Shown: one piece after another, positions 25,721 through 39,025 of the stretch
Numbering within the stretch: the first letter of the stretch is position 1
How the letters are laid out: every line of letters begins with the position of its first letter
From: Vicugna vicugna
Taxonomy: Eukaryota
Direction of reading: 5' to 3'
Length of the DNA: 64,000 nucleotides
Assembly: GCA_013265495.1 (NCBI GenBank)
Contig: MU058636.1
Location: 5,243,741-5,307,740, forward strand
Notes under the pieces: model-generated
Seen by the model: only the letters and a program-made list of their open reading frames with translations
Told to the model about the DNA's origin: nothing
Databases searched by the model: none
Translations under genes and position numbers: made by a program

Positions 25721-27770
25721 TGTAATATTTGTGGGGTTAATCCATACTGTGGCTTGAAACAGTAGTTTGTTCAGTCGTGGGCATTCCAGTGGGTGTGGTT
25801 GCTGGTTTTGACTTTAGTTTACATGCCCCTAATGAGGCGGTGTTGAGCACCTTTTCATGTGCTTATTGAACAATGATGCCCTTGGAAAATGTCTGTTCGA
25901 ATTCCCACCCCCCCACGGTGGGAAGGGAGGTGGTTTCTTGTTTATTATCAGTTGATAGGATTATTGTATTTATTTGGATATAATTCTTTTTTCATATACA
26001 TATTTTAATACTTACCCTCAGTGTTTTTTCTTTTTGTTAACTTTTGATGAGCAGATTTTACTTTCGAGGAAGTCCAATTTATCAGTTTTTCCTTTTATGA
26101 TTAGTGCGTTCTGTGTTCTAAGAAATCCTGTCCTACCTCAAGGTCAAGAGGCTGTGTTTTGTTCTACAGGCTTTATAGTTTCAGCTTTTACATTTGGATC
26201 CACATGAATTTTGATGCAAGGTGTAAGGTTGGACTTGCTTTTTTTCCACGTATTTTCACAGTTGTTGCGGGAGAGTTTGTTGAAAAAGGCTTTCCTTTTG
26301 CCATAAAATTGCCTTGGTACATCTGTGGGAAATCAATTGGCCATGGGCTTTTAAAATTCTCCATTCTTCTCCTTTGACATATTTGTCACTGTATCACACT
26401 ATATTGATTATTACAGCTTTATAATAAGTCTTGAAATCAGATAGTGTGAATGTTTCAACTTTGTTCTTCCGTTTGCAAGTTACTTTAACGTTCTAGGTCC
26501 TTTGAATTATCATACACACTTTAGAAACAACTTGTCAATTTCTACAAAAATTGTGTTGGGATTTTGGATAGGATGGTGTTGAATATACAGGTCAACTTGG
26601 GGAGAATGGATAACTTAACAATATTGAGTCTTACCATCCCTAAAAATGATTATCTCTCTCCATTTATTTAGGTCTTTAATTTCTCCTACACTGTTTTGTG
26701 TAGCAGTCTTGCACATCTTTTGTTATATTACTCCTAAGTTTTTATGGTTTTGGTGCTGTTGGGAGTGGTATTGTATTTAAAATTTGTTTTCCAAATATTT
26801 GGTGTTCATATATTAAAATACAATTGAGTTTTGTATCTTGACAGTGTATTCTGTTAACTTGCTAAATTCACTTACTAGTTCTAGTAGGTTTTTTTCAGGA
26901 GTCCTTAGGATTTCTATATAGATAATCATGTTTTCTATAAATAACAGAGGTATTTATTTTTCATTTTTCAGTTTCCATTTCTCTGTTGTTATTCTATATT
27001 TGTTTGCTCTATATCTATCTTTACCTTGAAACCCTTGAACATATTTTTAGTAACTATCTTAAAATCCTTCTGGGTCATTTTGGCTTTAGCTGCTGTTTGT
27101 TTTGAATACCTTTTTTTTTCTTTATTAAGATTTTCATTTTCTTGCTTTTTCAATGTGTAGCAATTTATAAAACCCTGGATATAAACCCTAGACCATATAA
27201 ATGACATGTGGTAGGGAATCTAGCTTATGCTGTATTCCTTTAAAGGGTGTGGTATTTTGTTCTGCCAGGCAGTTAAATTACCAGAGGCTTCTCTTGGACC
27301 TGCCAGACTGGATTTAGTTTTTGTTAGAGCTGGTCTGTTTCAGTTCTGTTCTTACTCCCCAGGAGTGGCCTTTCGGGTCTCAGCTGAACGCCTGAAGGCC
27401 CAGCTGTGCTCCTCCGCTGTGGCTTTCCTGAACTGCCGTGTCCCCAGTCCTGGACAGCCTTCATATTCTGCTCTCAGACCTTTGGCAGCCGCTCTTTGTT
27501 AAGCATTCCGAAATCTTATCTTATGCATATTTAGCCAACAACCTTCGAAAATCCCCATGCAGAGTTCTGGGCCCTTCCTCTGTGCAGTTTTCTTCTCTTC
27601 AAGACTTAGCCCTGCTTCAGCAGGCATCACTGGCCTCTGCCTTCTCAGCGCAGAGAGGCTGCTGTGCATTGCTTGGGCTGCGTTTCCCTCGCCGAGGTCA
27701 GGGGCGTGATGCAGGGCAGATGGTGGGGGTGGCTGTGGAGCTCACCTCCGATGTTCCCCTTCATTCACTC
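25720..27770 (-). mobile_element. Old L1 (ORF2 3' part plus further decayed L1 sequence)
   Basis: T-rich antisense L1 text (ttgagcaccttttcatgtgcttattg, ctttataataagtcttgaaatcag, acaatattgagtctt). Confidence 0.75.
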
Positions 27771-28809
27771 TTTTAAAATACTTCATTTGTGGGGACCTTC
27801 GTGTTGGGCTCTGGGAAGGATACAGGTAGGTGAGTAACAAGGAGCTTACAGTTTAGCCAGAGAGGAGATATCTATATGTGCTGTGGGATTCAGAGTATTT
27901 TACTTGACTTCCAAAATTTGGTGATACTAGTGCATTGGTAGAAAGAAATATGAAGTCCCTTTATTTCTAGATTTCTCAGACCCTAGATAACAAAATACAG
28001 ACTGCGGCTAGGAAGGAAGTAATCACATACCAGAAGGAAGTGAGAAGGATGTCTTGTGCCCCAAATTGGATCATTAGTGCATTTTGAGGCAATGCAGCTT
28101 TATTCTCAGAGGCCTACCATGCCAAATCCTTTCTAATTTATTTATTGATTTTTGATGGTGGGTACCTGAAAGTTCTCTGTCTCTCAAGGTGTCAGAAATG
28201 AAATGCAACCAGTGTATCTTGTGAGAGAGTTTTTCTGCTCTGGCTCAGAAAAGTGTTTGCTTCTGTCCCAGACTCTTTGATCTGATTCTTACTGCCAGCC
28301 TTCCTCCCTCCATACCTGCCTATTGAATACTTACTCTGCACGAGACACTTTGTTAGAATCGGAGAATAGAGAGAGAAGCGACCTAGTCAGTGCCTTCAAA
28401 AGACCTGCAACTTAGACACTTAAATGAATTCAACATAGTATGGTTCAGGTCTTCAGTGGAGGCCAGCTGTGGAGACACATGGAATGGATATTTAAGGGTG
28501 GGGAGGGGGAGGATGTCAGAGAAGACTGCCTGGAGGTGGTGATGTCTGGGCTGAGTTTTGAAAGAGGGTGAGGCTGGAGGGACTGGGAGTATCTAAAACA
28601 TGAGAGGCCTGCACCTGTTAAAGGAAGCCTCGGGGAGTTCAGGATTTCACGTAGCGTTCAGTGTGTCTAGGACCTGGGGATTTAGGCAGAGACTGTTGCG
28701 CAGGTTGGAGGGCACTTAGGCAGGGGTTAATCAGATCACAGCTTTCAAATAACCAGCCTGAACGGTTCAAGCAGGGCCTGCCATCCAGCTCCCTTGAGTC
28801 ATTTTCCTT

Positions 28810-29250
28810 TTTTGGTTTTAAGTTTTTTCCTTACCTCTAAAGCAACACATGTGTAAAACATAAAAAAATACAGGTAAGCAAAATGAAGACAATTATACTG
28901 CCCACAAAACCTCTTTTAACAAGGTACAAATCCTTCCAGATCTTAATATACATATTTTTCCTTAAAAGAAAAATTCTATTAAACTCTGCTTATTGCTTTG
29001 TAACCTGCTTTTTTTGTTTAGTTAGCATTTTAGAAACATTTTTTACATGTTAATAGACATTCTTTTGTTTTATTTATAATGTTTGAATAGTAGTGTATTT
29101 TTAGTCACACCATAATGTATTAAAACATGCATGTATGGGCGTAAATGTAATTGAATATTGGATATTTCAATTGTTTTTCAATATTTTGCTATTAGAAATT
29201 GTATTCAGATGAACATTCTTGCACATACCTTTAATTATTTCCTTGAGTCC
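28810..29250 (-). mobile_element. L1ME-like 3' fragment
   Basis: Pattern of aaaatacaggtaagc...tgtaacctgcttttt...gatgaacattcttgcacatac. Confidence 0.5.
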
Positions 29251-29785
29251 TTGTCAATAGCTTTATTAAATCTCAATCTTAAGATAACAAGCTTGTAAGT
29301 TTAACATGCTGGAATAATTCGAAAACAATGCAAAACCATACATAACCATCTCCTTATTGATCATCCTAAGTGGCTGCAATGTTCAAGATGGCGGCTTTTG
29401 TACACCCAGCCTCATAGTGTTTGATTACTCAAATCCACCATCAGAAAGTGGAAAGAACTCTTGAGGGGGTGACGGAGCAGAGTTCAGTTCAGGGTAACAG
29501 ACAGTGGAGGCCCTGTGTGCCAGGGAGGGGCTGAGGGACTCCTCCAGGAGTGCAGTAGGGATGGAGGCACTGTCACCTGCAGTAAGTGATGTAAGAGAAG
29601 TGATGTAAGAGAGCTCAGTGTGGCAGGTGGGGGTGGCGGTGGCGGTGACAAAACTTACTGGAGAAGGTGCCACACTTGGAATGACCATCAAGTTGGGCTG
29701 CTGTGGAGAGCGGTCAAACGACAGATTCAGTGAGGGGTTTTGGAGTAGGGTGAGTGTTTAAGCCAAATGGTATGTAAGATGTTTT

Positions 29786-30806
29786 TTATATTAGTCAGGG
29801 TTCTCCAGAGAAACAGAACCAGCGGGTTATACAGAGATACCTAGAAAGAGATTTATTATGAGGGATTGACTCATGTGGTTATGGAGACTGAGAAATCCCA
29901 CGATCTGTTGTGTGCAAGCTGGAGGTTCAGGTAATCTGGTGCAGTTCTAGAGCAAATCTGAAATCCTGAGGGCCAGGGGAGGCCATGGTGTAAGTCCTGA
30001 TCTGAGTCCAAAGGCCTGAGGACCAGGAGTGCTGACATCCAAAGGCAGGAGAAGATGGATGTCCCAGCTCAGTCAGAGAGCAAAGTCACCCTTCCCTCCC
30101 CTTTTCACTCTGTTTAGGCCCATGGGATTGGATGATGCCCACCCACAGTGGTGAGAGCAATCTTCTTTACTCAGTTTACCAATTCAAATGCTAATCTCTG
30201 CCAGAAGCACCCTTAACATTTGTTAAGTGGAGCACAGGGTGCCCGTGGTGAGCCTTGGTTCAATAACTGACCACAAGAGAAACTGAAATAGAGAAGCTTG
30301 TCACTCACAGGTCCTGGAGGAAGTACATGGCACACCTTGAAGGACCACACAGGGAGGTCAAGGTGGTGGACAGAGACAGGACCCAGGACGCTTACCTTTA
30401 ATAGGGCCCGTGTGTGAGTGCTCTGGTGTTTCTGGGCCAGGTCCAGATTGATCACTTCAAACCAAAAGAGGGTTTTCCTGGTAAGCCCCACAGGGGTCTT
30501 ATCTTAGGGGTACGTAAGGCATATAGATGCTAAGAAGCAGGAGTGACCTGTTGACCACAAAAGACTGTAGAGGAAGTCAGATCAGTCACTTACACTGCTT
30601 GTGACTGCAGGCTGTCCTCCAGGGGACGTGCTTCATGAGGGGACGACTGTCAGTTCAAGGGCCCTGCCAGACACATAGGACACAAGAGATGGATGCCAAG
30701 GCAGAACACGATGGAGTAGCTTAGGTAAACTCTTGACAAACGGTTTACCAGCCATCTGGAGTGGGGTCCCTTAGCCCAGTCGAGCTGACGCATAAAATGA
30801 ATCTAC
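29786..30806 (-). mobile_element. MLT2 (ERVL) LTR interrupted by a nested LTR
   Basis: attagtcagggttctccagagaaacagaacc...aatgctaatctc...[insert]...gtttaccagccatctgg...cccttagcccagtcgagctgacgcataaaat. Confidence 0.85.
30221..30738. mobile_element. Solo LTR nested in the MLT2
   Basis: TG...CA termini with an imperfect inverted repeat tgttaag/cttgaca; MLT2 sequence resumes afterwards. Confidence 0.6.
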
Positions 30807-33124
30807 ATACTTTCCACTGCTACAAACTTATACTGAACTGCCCCCAAATAACTGACTACTTGATAACCGCTTTCACTTGCATCATATCATTTAATCCTTG
30901 CAATGTCCCTGCAGGAGAATAGATGCCATCCCCTTTTGTACAAAGAATTACCTGAAGCTTACATGGGTAATAGATAGAGGATTTGGGATCCAAATTTAAG
31001 ATTCTTCTAATCCAAACTCCAAGTTGGATCACTACATCACATCACTGCTATGGGCTGAATTCCTTAGCAAGTGGTGTCTCCTTTACATGCTGTGTTTTCC
31101 TTTTTGGTCTTTTGATCCTTTAGGGAGAGAAGGAATGAGCTTCATGGAGACCCTACCGTGTGGAAACTCTGTTAGGTGTTTCACAAAATGTATCTTGTTT
31201 GATCCTCCTTACAGCCCTGTGAGAGACACAGGAAAGTTAGTCTTACCTGCCCAGGTTAAGTAATGTGGTCCAAGACGCACAAAGTGATGGAGCAGGAATT
31301 TTATCTAACATCAAACACCACGTGTGCACTTCCTTATAGCCAAGGTCATTTGTTCCTTGCCAGATCTCCTCTGAGCCATGTCCAAGTCCTCAAAGTTAGA
31401 AGACTGGTCTGTGATTGCAGACGGTTCTACTGGATGACTCTGACTTCAGCTACATGCAAAACTGACCCAGGTCAGGAAGTTCTTGGTTGCTCCCACTCTC
31501 TTGCCTGGCACCCTGACTCTCCCCATCATGGTACTTGTTCTGTAGGGATATGTCTGTTAGGTTAGGACCTGACTCTGTAGACCTCACGTGGGCTGAATTG
31601 GGAAAGTCCCCTGGTCTGATGTCCTGAGTACTAGTCTGGGCTGCTCCCTTTCTTTTCTGCTTAACTGTTCACTGAAGAGATTTCTTGTTGACGGGGAAGG
31701 GAGAGATAGGGTCGTGGAGGTGAGGGACACAGAGACGGGGGAGACATCACAAAGCCAGCAGCATAGCACAATTAAGCCCCAGTTTCTTGAATCATATGGG
31801 CAAATGCCACTGTTCTTCTGATCAGTATTTTATTCTCCATTTCCTTCTATGCTATATATAGATGCTTCAGGTCATGAAAAAAATACATTCAGTGCAATGA
31901 AACCTAGTAGTCGTTTACTAAGAAACTAAAAATGAAAGACATGCACTACTTTATTCTATTGAAATGTTTGGCTGAACGCGTAAGAATGATGATGAGGCCA
32001 TTCTTGGACACTTGCACTGAAATGAACCAAGGGAAGAATATTAAGGAAATAGAAAGAGGATGTTTGGCATACAGAGTGCAAGAGCTTCTTCAGGCCGAGG
32101 GAGTGGAATGAAAATTGGCATGATCATTGGGAGAATATGAGTCAAACAGAGAAGTTTGCAAAGACAATATATTAGGAGAGCAAAAGGCCGATAAACAGCT
32201 CTTGTATTTGGAGAAAAACAGGGAGAGTAAATCAAGGAATTTAAAAGTAAAGAGAAACGTAATTCAACTAAGGGAGGAAAAAACCCCACTATTCTTTGTA
32301 AATAGAAAAGAAACAAATGAAAGTAAGACATCAGAAGTCAGTAAGATTTTATAGGAGTCTAAAGTTGATTTTATGGAAGCAGAGTCTATTTCACTGCTGT
32401 AGGAAACTCCCAGCTGAGCGCTAACTGTGGACATCTGATCTCCTCGAAGCTGCGTTTAAGCTTTTTGCTCTTGGCTTCTATCTTGCACCCTGTGTCCGGC
32501 GGGAAGCCAGCAGTGTCCCAGAGTTCTGGAGGGTGGGCCAAGTTTAGATATTGGAGTTGGTTCTTTAATTTATTGCACTGTAGAGAACAAAAATTGTGAG
32601 AGCATGTGCTAGAATTTTAGTTATGAGAGATAAATACAAAATATTAAGTTGACTCCAACAACTGGAATCAACTTGAAAACTCCCAGTCTCTTAGGATAAA
32701 AAAATATAATCCTACTTAGAAATTCCTGGTGTAATCACAGATGAAGGATTGGTTCTTTCCATGAAGCTTATTAATTAAAAAAGTACATAATCCAAAGTCA
32801 ATTAAGTAGTAAGATGCTATAACAAATACTTATTTCATGAATTTTCAAAGTATGAATAATAACTACACATTAAACATGAGAAATTCACGTTTTTCCACTG
32901 GCTGCTGAAAAACAATGGAAATAACTCCAGTCATGGTAGCAGCTCACTGTGGGCTGACTTACCTCGGGAATTATTTATTGGTTCCAGGTGACTTGTACAC
33001 CGTGGGGTTAGTCATTCGTTCAGGCTTGATGAGAAACAGACACAACAAAAATTGGGGATTCAAACATGCGCTGTATTTTTCCTCACAATCAGAGAGAAAT
33101 TCACTGTGGTTTTTCTCCTTATAG

Positions 33125-33697
<573 letters not shown>

Positions 33698-34365
33698 TGA
33701 TCTGTAATAAACCATGTGAATTTATAGTTTTTAATTGGAATATGGAAATTCATTTTGGCAATAGTAGAAAGGCATTTATGTACCAACCTTTCTCATTTGG
33801 GGCCTTGAGGAACTTAAATTAATTTTAAAAACTCATTTTGTAAATGAGAAACTGGGCTATAATGTTTAAAATTACTTGCATAGTTACTACTCTAGGTTTT
33901 TAGATTGTATTAAAGATTAAGTAAATCCCAAGATATCTAGATCCCTGTACAAGTTTTGGTGTTCTTATTGCTTGTACTGAGTAAAACACTTTAAAACAAA
34001 GGAACATCCACGTAAGAAAAGAGTAAGTCGTTCATTCCTTTAAAGACAATTCATTTATTGCATCAGGCACAAGGCTGGGTACTTAGGCTAGAAGGTAGAA
34101 CAAGACATCCTGGCCTGAAGAGCACACACTATAAATAAGGGAAGTCCAAATAAAAACATAATTGGAGACAAGCCTATTTGTGAAGACATTTATTTATAGA
34201 GCTCTCTAGGTTTGATATGAGCTTTTGTCAGTGAGGAAGTTCAGTGGATTACCCCAAAGTAAGCATTATACATAACTTATTTCCTAGAGTAGTAAAACCC
34301 TCAAATGCTCTTGAGCTGTGAGGCCAGCGTAGGGTCACGTTGCTCCTGTCCTCTTTCCTTTGCAG

Positions 34366-34634
34366 CCATCAGGCTGGACGGCGTGGACGTGATCGGGTAC
34401 ACGGCGTGGTCCCTCATGGATGGCTTCGAGTGGCACAGAGGCTACAGCATCCGACGTGGACTCTTCTACATCGACTTCCTCAGCCAGGACAAGAAGCTGT
34501 TGCCGAAGTCTTCAGCCTTGTTCTACCAAAAGCTGATAGAGAAAAATGGCTTCCCTCCTTTACCTGAAAACCAACCCCTAGAAGGGACATTTCCCTGTGA
34601 CTTTGCTTGGGGAATTGTTGACAACTACATTCAA
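34366..34634 (+). CDS. KL: alpha-Klotho exon 3 (269 nt)
   Basis: Acceptor ctctttcctttgcag|CC; translates (A)[22 protein letters not shown]...[27 protein letters not shown]; donor CAA|GTAAGT. Confidence 0.98.
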
Positions 34635-34684
34635 GTAAGTCAGCTGACAAAACCAATCAGCAGTCTCACCAAGCCCTCTCACTA
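34635..34684 (+). CDS. KL: 50-nt alternative extension of exon 3 (secreted/truncated Klotho isoform, tail [16 protein letters not shown])
   Basis: A second GTAAGT donor lies at 34685, exactly 50 nt downstream of the first. The stop TA|G forms whether or not it is spliced to exon 4. It matches the known human alternative tail [15 protein letters not shown]. Confidence 0.88.
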
Positions 34685-35617
34685 GTAAGTAGAGCTTCCT
34701 TATTAGGTGTCATGGCATATGGGCCACTCTTCAGGCCAAACACGCTGCCTTAATGAGCACATTAAGGGCGCGGTTTGGAATGCTGCCCCCTTCTCTCCAA
34801 AAATCTTTCTAGCTTCCTCTTGCACTTTATTTTAAATCAGCTCCAAAGGGGAACAAATTAAAAATATATGAATCTTTAAGTTCTCATAAGATTTTAGTAA
34901 AAAGATAAAACATTCTCTTTCAATGCAGTGGTTTTTCAATACTTTTTAAAGCTGCTGAGTTCTCCCATGAACAAGATACAGGACAGACTCCAGGTCATCT
35001 GAGGCCTCAGTGGAGCTGCCGAGGCTGAGGCAGCGGCATTAGGCAGAGCCCTCCTGGGGCATGACGCCGTGAAAACCTGAGCTTTCAGAAACACCTCCAG
35101 CGTGAAAACTTTGCTCAGTGATTCATTGATCAGAATGCCCTTTCTAGCAATGGTCATTGAAATGGTAAGGAAGTTCTTAAAAACGGTCAACCAATTTTTA
35201 TTGGGCACCTGCTCTGCATTGATATTAGAGACAGATTAATCTCTGTCTAATATTGGTCCTCAATATTATCTTTAATTTTCTCAATTTCAAAGGAATTTAT
35301 TTTCTGAAGTTTGAATACTTTAGCGAGCACTTCCTGGATGCTTAGTGTGTACAAAGCCCTGTGTTAATTGCTGGGGGTGCTCCGTTGAGGAGAGTGCACA
35401 CTGACATGAGGCAGATATGAGCCCTGCTTTCAAAGGAGTCTCTTGAGGGAAAATGATGGATACACAAAAGAAGTAACAGAGTGAACAGAGCATGGTGTAA
35501 CTGAGCAGGGTGGCAGTGGGAACAGAGTCTGAGTGTGAAAATAGAGACCAAATTCGGTATCCATTGAAGAGCAATGGGGTTTAGCATGTTGGGTGCTTCT
35601 AGCCAATCCATTACTTC

Positions 35618-36255
35618 TCTAGGGGAGGAAAAATAACTTTTCCTCTTACCCTGCTGAGTTCTTAGCTGAGACCCCTGTCATGAAAGATAGATTAACATGA
35701 GAAAAACAAACAGAAGTCTATTAATATGTATACCTCATGTGTACATGGGAGATACTCTGAGAAAAATGAGTAAGTTCCTGAGGTGGCTTAGCATTCAGGC
35801 TTAAATGCCATCTTAATAGGGAAAAGGGAAGGGAAAGTCAGTGCTTTTTAGGAAAGGTGAATGATTTTTAGGAAAGATGAATGCGCGCTTAGAAGAACAG
35901 ATGGGAGCTATGCTAGTTTGTGACAAAGTTTGCCTGAGTGTGATGTTGGCTTCCAATCTCCTCTCCTCTGACGAGGGTTGATCTTCCCCGGTTGATGAAA
36001 CTCCCATGAAGGGATTTATGACAGCCCTTCTGAGTTCCTTTTGGAGGATCTGTCTATCTTTGGAGGCAGATAAGGGGAGTTCAGAGGAAGCCTTTCCCTT
36101 GCATTTGCTGTTTTTTTTTTTTTCAAGTGCCTGCAGCTCAAAATAATCAATATGCTGGAGGGGCAAATTTTGAGGAGGCATGCCCTGAACTCCTAGGGCA
36201 TGTGCATTCTGTGCATGCCCTGAACTTCTAGGGCAGTGCATTCTGTGACCCTTCA
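35618..36255 (-). mobile_element. ERV1-class solo LTR (MER41-like) in KL intron 3
   Basis: Ends cagctcaaaataatcaatatgc...attttgaggaggcat...ccttca, as recalled for reverse MER41-like LTRs; possible 4-bp TSD cttc/gttc. Confidence 0.65.
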
Positions 36256-38909
36256 GTTCAAAAGAAGTATTTGGAAGAATGCTTGGATCTGAGGAAAGAC
36301 CTTATAGTTGAAATGGGTTGCTGCTTTTTGGTAAATACCAAATTGAAATCTTTGATTTATAAGGAAATAAATCAACACCATCCTTCATGCTTCTTTTGCT
36401 GAGTTGCATTATTTTTACTCCTTTTTCAGACCTCCAGCTAGCTGTAGGGACAGTCTGGGCTTCCATCCCTTCCTTACATTTAAAAGACAGTGAGGAATGC
36501 TGTGCTCCCAAGAATGTCTGAGCCCAATAACATGGTTTCCTAGCTCCGCTCTGCTCAATTTGGGGTTTTCCTTGCTGCTCCATCTCCCATTCTGCCTCAA
36601 ACCACTGCTATTTGGAACCTCCCCATCCTAATTTTTCTCCTGTAAGTGGGATCCACAGTGGAGTTCGAGCGGGATCTGAAGGAGGGAGGGACAAAGGGGG
36701 AAGGCCAGCCCGGGGTCCGTGCTTCTTCCTCCCTTCAATTGTGCTGGGGCGGGTGGCTCTCTGGTCCTTGTTCTGCGTCTTGACCCTCTGCCGAGCCCTG
36801 CTTCCTGCTGGGCCCTGAGCCCCTAGTCGTTGCGGGCTTGTCCTCCACCTGGATCTCTGATAGCAGCCCAGCCTGGGCGGCTAGTTCCCAGCTTAGTCCT
36901 TTGAGAAGATACGCCTCCATCAGCGTCTATGTGCAGACAGTGTGAACTCGGGGAGCAGTGGGGATGCTGCGGGGAGCCCTTTCACTCCTGCTCTGTTCCC
37001 ATCCAGGGGCTGTGTTTGCTTTGGAACTGGTCAGTAGTGAGAAAGTTTTAGGAGTACATCCTATTTCCTCGAGAGAGAAGAGACGCTGGTCAGATGCAGC
37101 AAGTATGGCAGCGGAGAGGAAGGGGGATGGGAGAGAATCCTTTTTCTGCTCCTTGGAAGCAGGTGTTTAGACTTTGCTCTGGTGTCAGCCATCTCTTCTC
37201 TCAGGATGCACTGCCTTTTCCCCTCATCAGCTCAGGGTTGCTGCGTCCCCTCCTCGCAGAGCCTCCGGTCTTTTCCTGTGCTGACCTAGCCAGATGCAAA
37301 CCCACCATGGACGTGAACTCCCCCAGAAGCTCTCTAGTGGGAAGAGGCTGCAATTGCTATTTTGTTCTCCCTGCTTTTAACCTTGGGCTTTGCACTGTTT
37401 TGGTAGTGCCCCTCCCAAGCTAACTTCCTAACTGACAAAGTAAAAACAGGTTTTCTGTTAGGGCAGTTCTAAGGAGCATATGTGCATGTGTTAATTTATA
37501 AGTAGGTCTCTATACTTTTCATGTGTTAGAATCCTGAGAAGTGAATGTTAACTACTGAAATTTACCTCTTCACTTCTGGCTAATATTTCAAACCCCCGAT
37601 ATGAATGAGGCATGCATTTCACCTGAAAAACTTTAAAAATAATATCCCATTAATACACCAGCTGTTGGCAGTCTGACCTTAGGCTTATTCACATGGATTG
37701 TCATTGTCCTTGGACCTAATTTCCTAGGTGAGAAGTTTGTTTTCCCATAACCATGGTAAATACAGGATGTAGAGCCTTGTTTGTTTGTTTGTTTGTTTTT
37801 AATATTGGCCACTGTTAGGGGAAAGTTTCTTCTATAATATACTGAATGCATACATTGTACTCATTTCTTCTGAAGGCTTCAACTTTATTATTTCTTTTTT
37901 ATTAAGAAATAAGTCAACAAGTTAATGGAGGTTATATAGAATTTTGCCTAAACACCTATTTCTAAATGTCCTGTATTTTTAAGAAATAGATTTTTTTTCT
38001 CAGAAATTATACTTTAGTCTCTCATACTTGTTTTCAATGGGCTGAATAAAAGCTGTTGTTCTGAAACAATTATGGTAGAAAAGTTAAAAATTTAGTCAAC
38101 TCAGAGTGCTAGAAAAATAATTGAAAGAAGTCCTTCAAGCTATGAACACTTTCACTTCAAAAGAGCATGCGAATATTTTCTCTTGCAAAGCTGAGGAAAC
38201 ATGATTTGTGGGTGCATCACAGTGGAAAAGTACTGCAGACAGCATTCCCACAGCGTTAGAGGAAATGTGCGCATGCGTGATCAACAAGGGACAGGTCTCC
38301 AGAAAAAGTAACTTCCCTCTGACATGCTGTTTTTTATTCCTTTCCTTTATAAACACAGCACTGACCCCTCTGGAGGAGCAGAAGCTCATTTGCAACAGGC
38401 CTGAAAAATGCAAGGAAACCTCTGCTAGAGATTCAAAACTGGAGTTTTGACCCCACAGAGGGTCAAACCCAGGAACCATAACAGGATTATGTGAGGAGAA
38501 AACTGGCTCTGGCGGCAGGTCTTTGGGATGAACTTGCAGTTTCCATTCCTGTCATAGTTTGCACGTGGAGAGGAGTTTGTGACTGATTTTGCAATCTGCT
38601 CACTTTTCCAAAACGCCTATTTTCATTTTGGAGGCTTATAGCTCAGAGATCTTGAGAACCATTATTGTCATGATCATCACAGGAAAATAATTCAGAGATT
38701 TTTAAAAAGCTATGTTGAAACGTCCCATTATGAGTGGATGATAATATTGTTTCCACATTCTCTATCACTTTCTGCTATCAGTCAGCCTGAATTTGCTGAA
38801 CTCTGTGACTGATACTCTTGCCAATAAAAGGCAAGAGTTATCCTTATTTCGCATTTCCTTTACCTAGAGCAAAATTCAATTAGAACATGATTTTAAAAAG
38901 CCTAATTTA

Positions 38910-39025
38910 GGGGAAGGGTGTAGCTCAGTGATAGAGTGCCTGCTTAGCATGTGTGAGGTCCTGAGTTAAATCCCCAGCACCTCCATTAAAAAAATAAATA
39001 AACCTAATCACCCCTCCCCTCCCAA
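38910..39025 (+). mobile_element. tRNA-derived SINE, camelid Vic-1-like
   Basis: ggggaagggtgtagctcagtgatagag (A box)...gagttaaatcc (B box)...aaataaataaacctaatcacccctcccc; degenerate TSD aaagcctaattt/gaagcacaattt. Confidence 0.85.

Noticed and set aside
38910..38985. tRNA gene
   Set aside because: Degenerate boxes, an A-rich tail and a TSD show it is a SINE.
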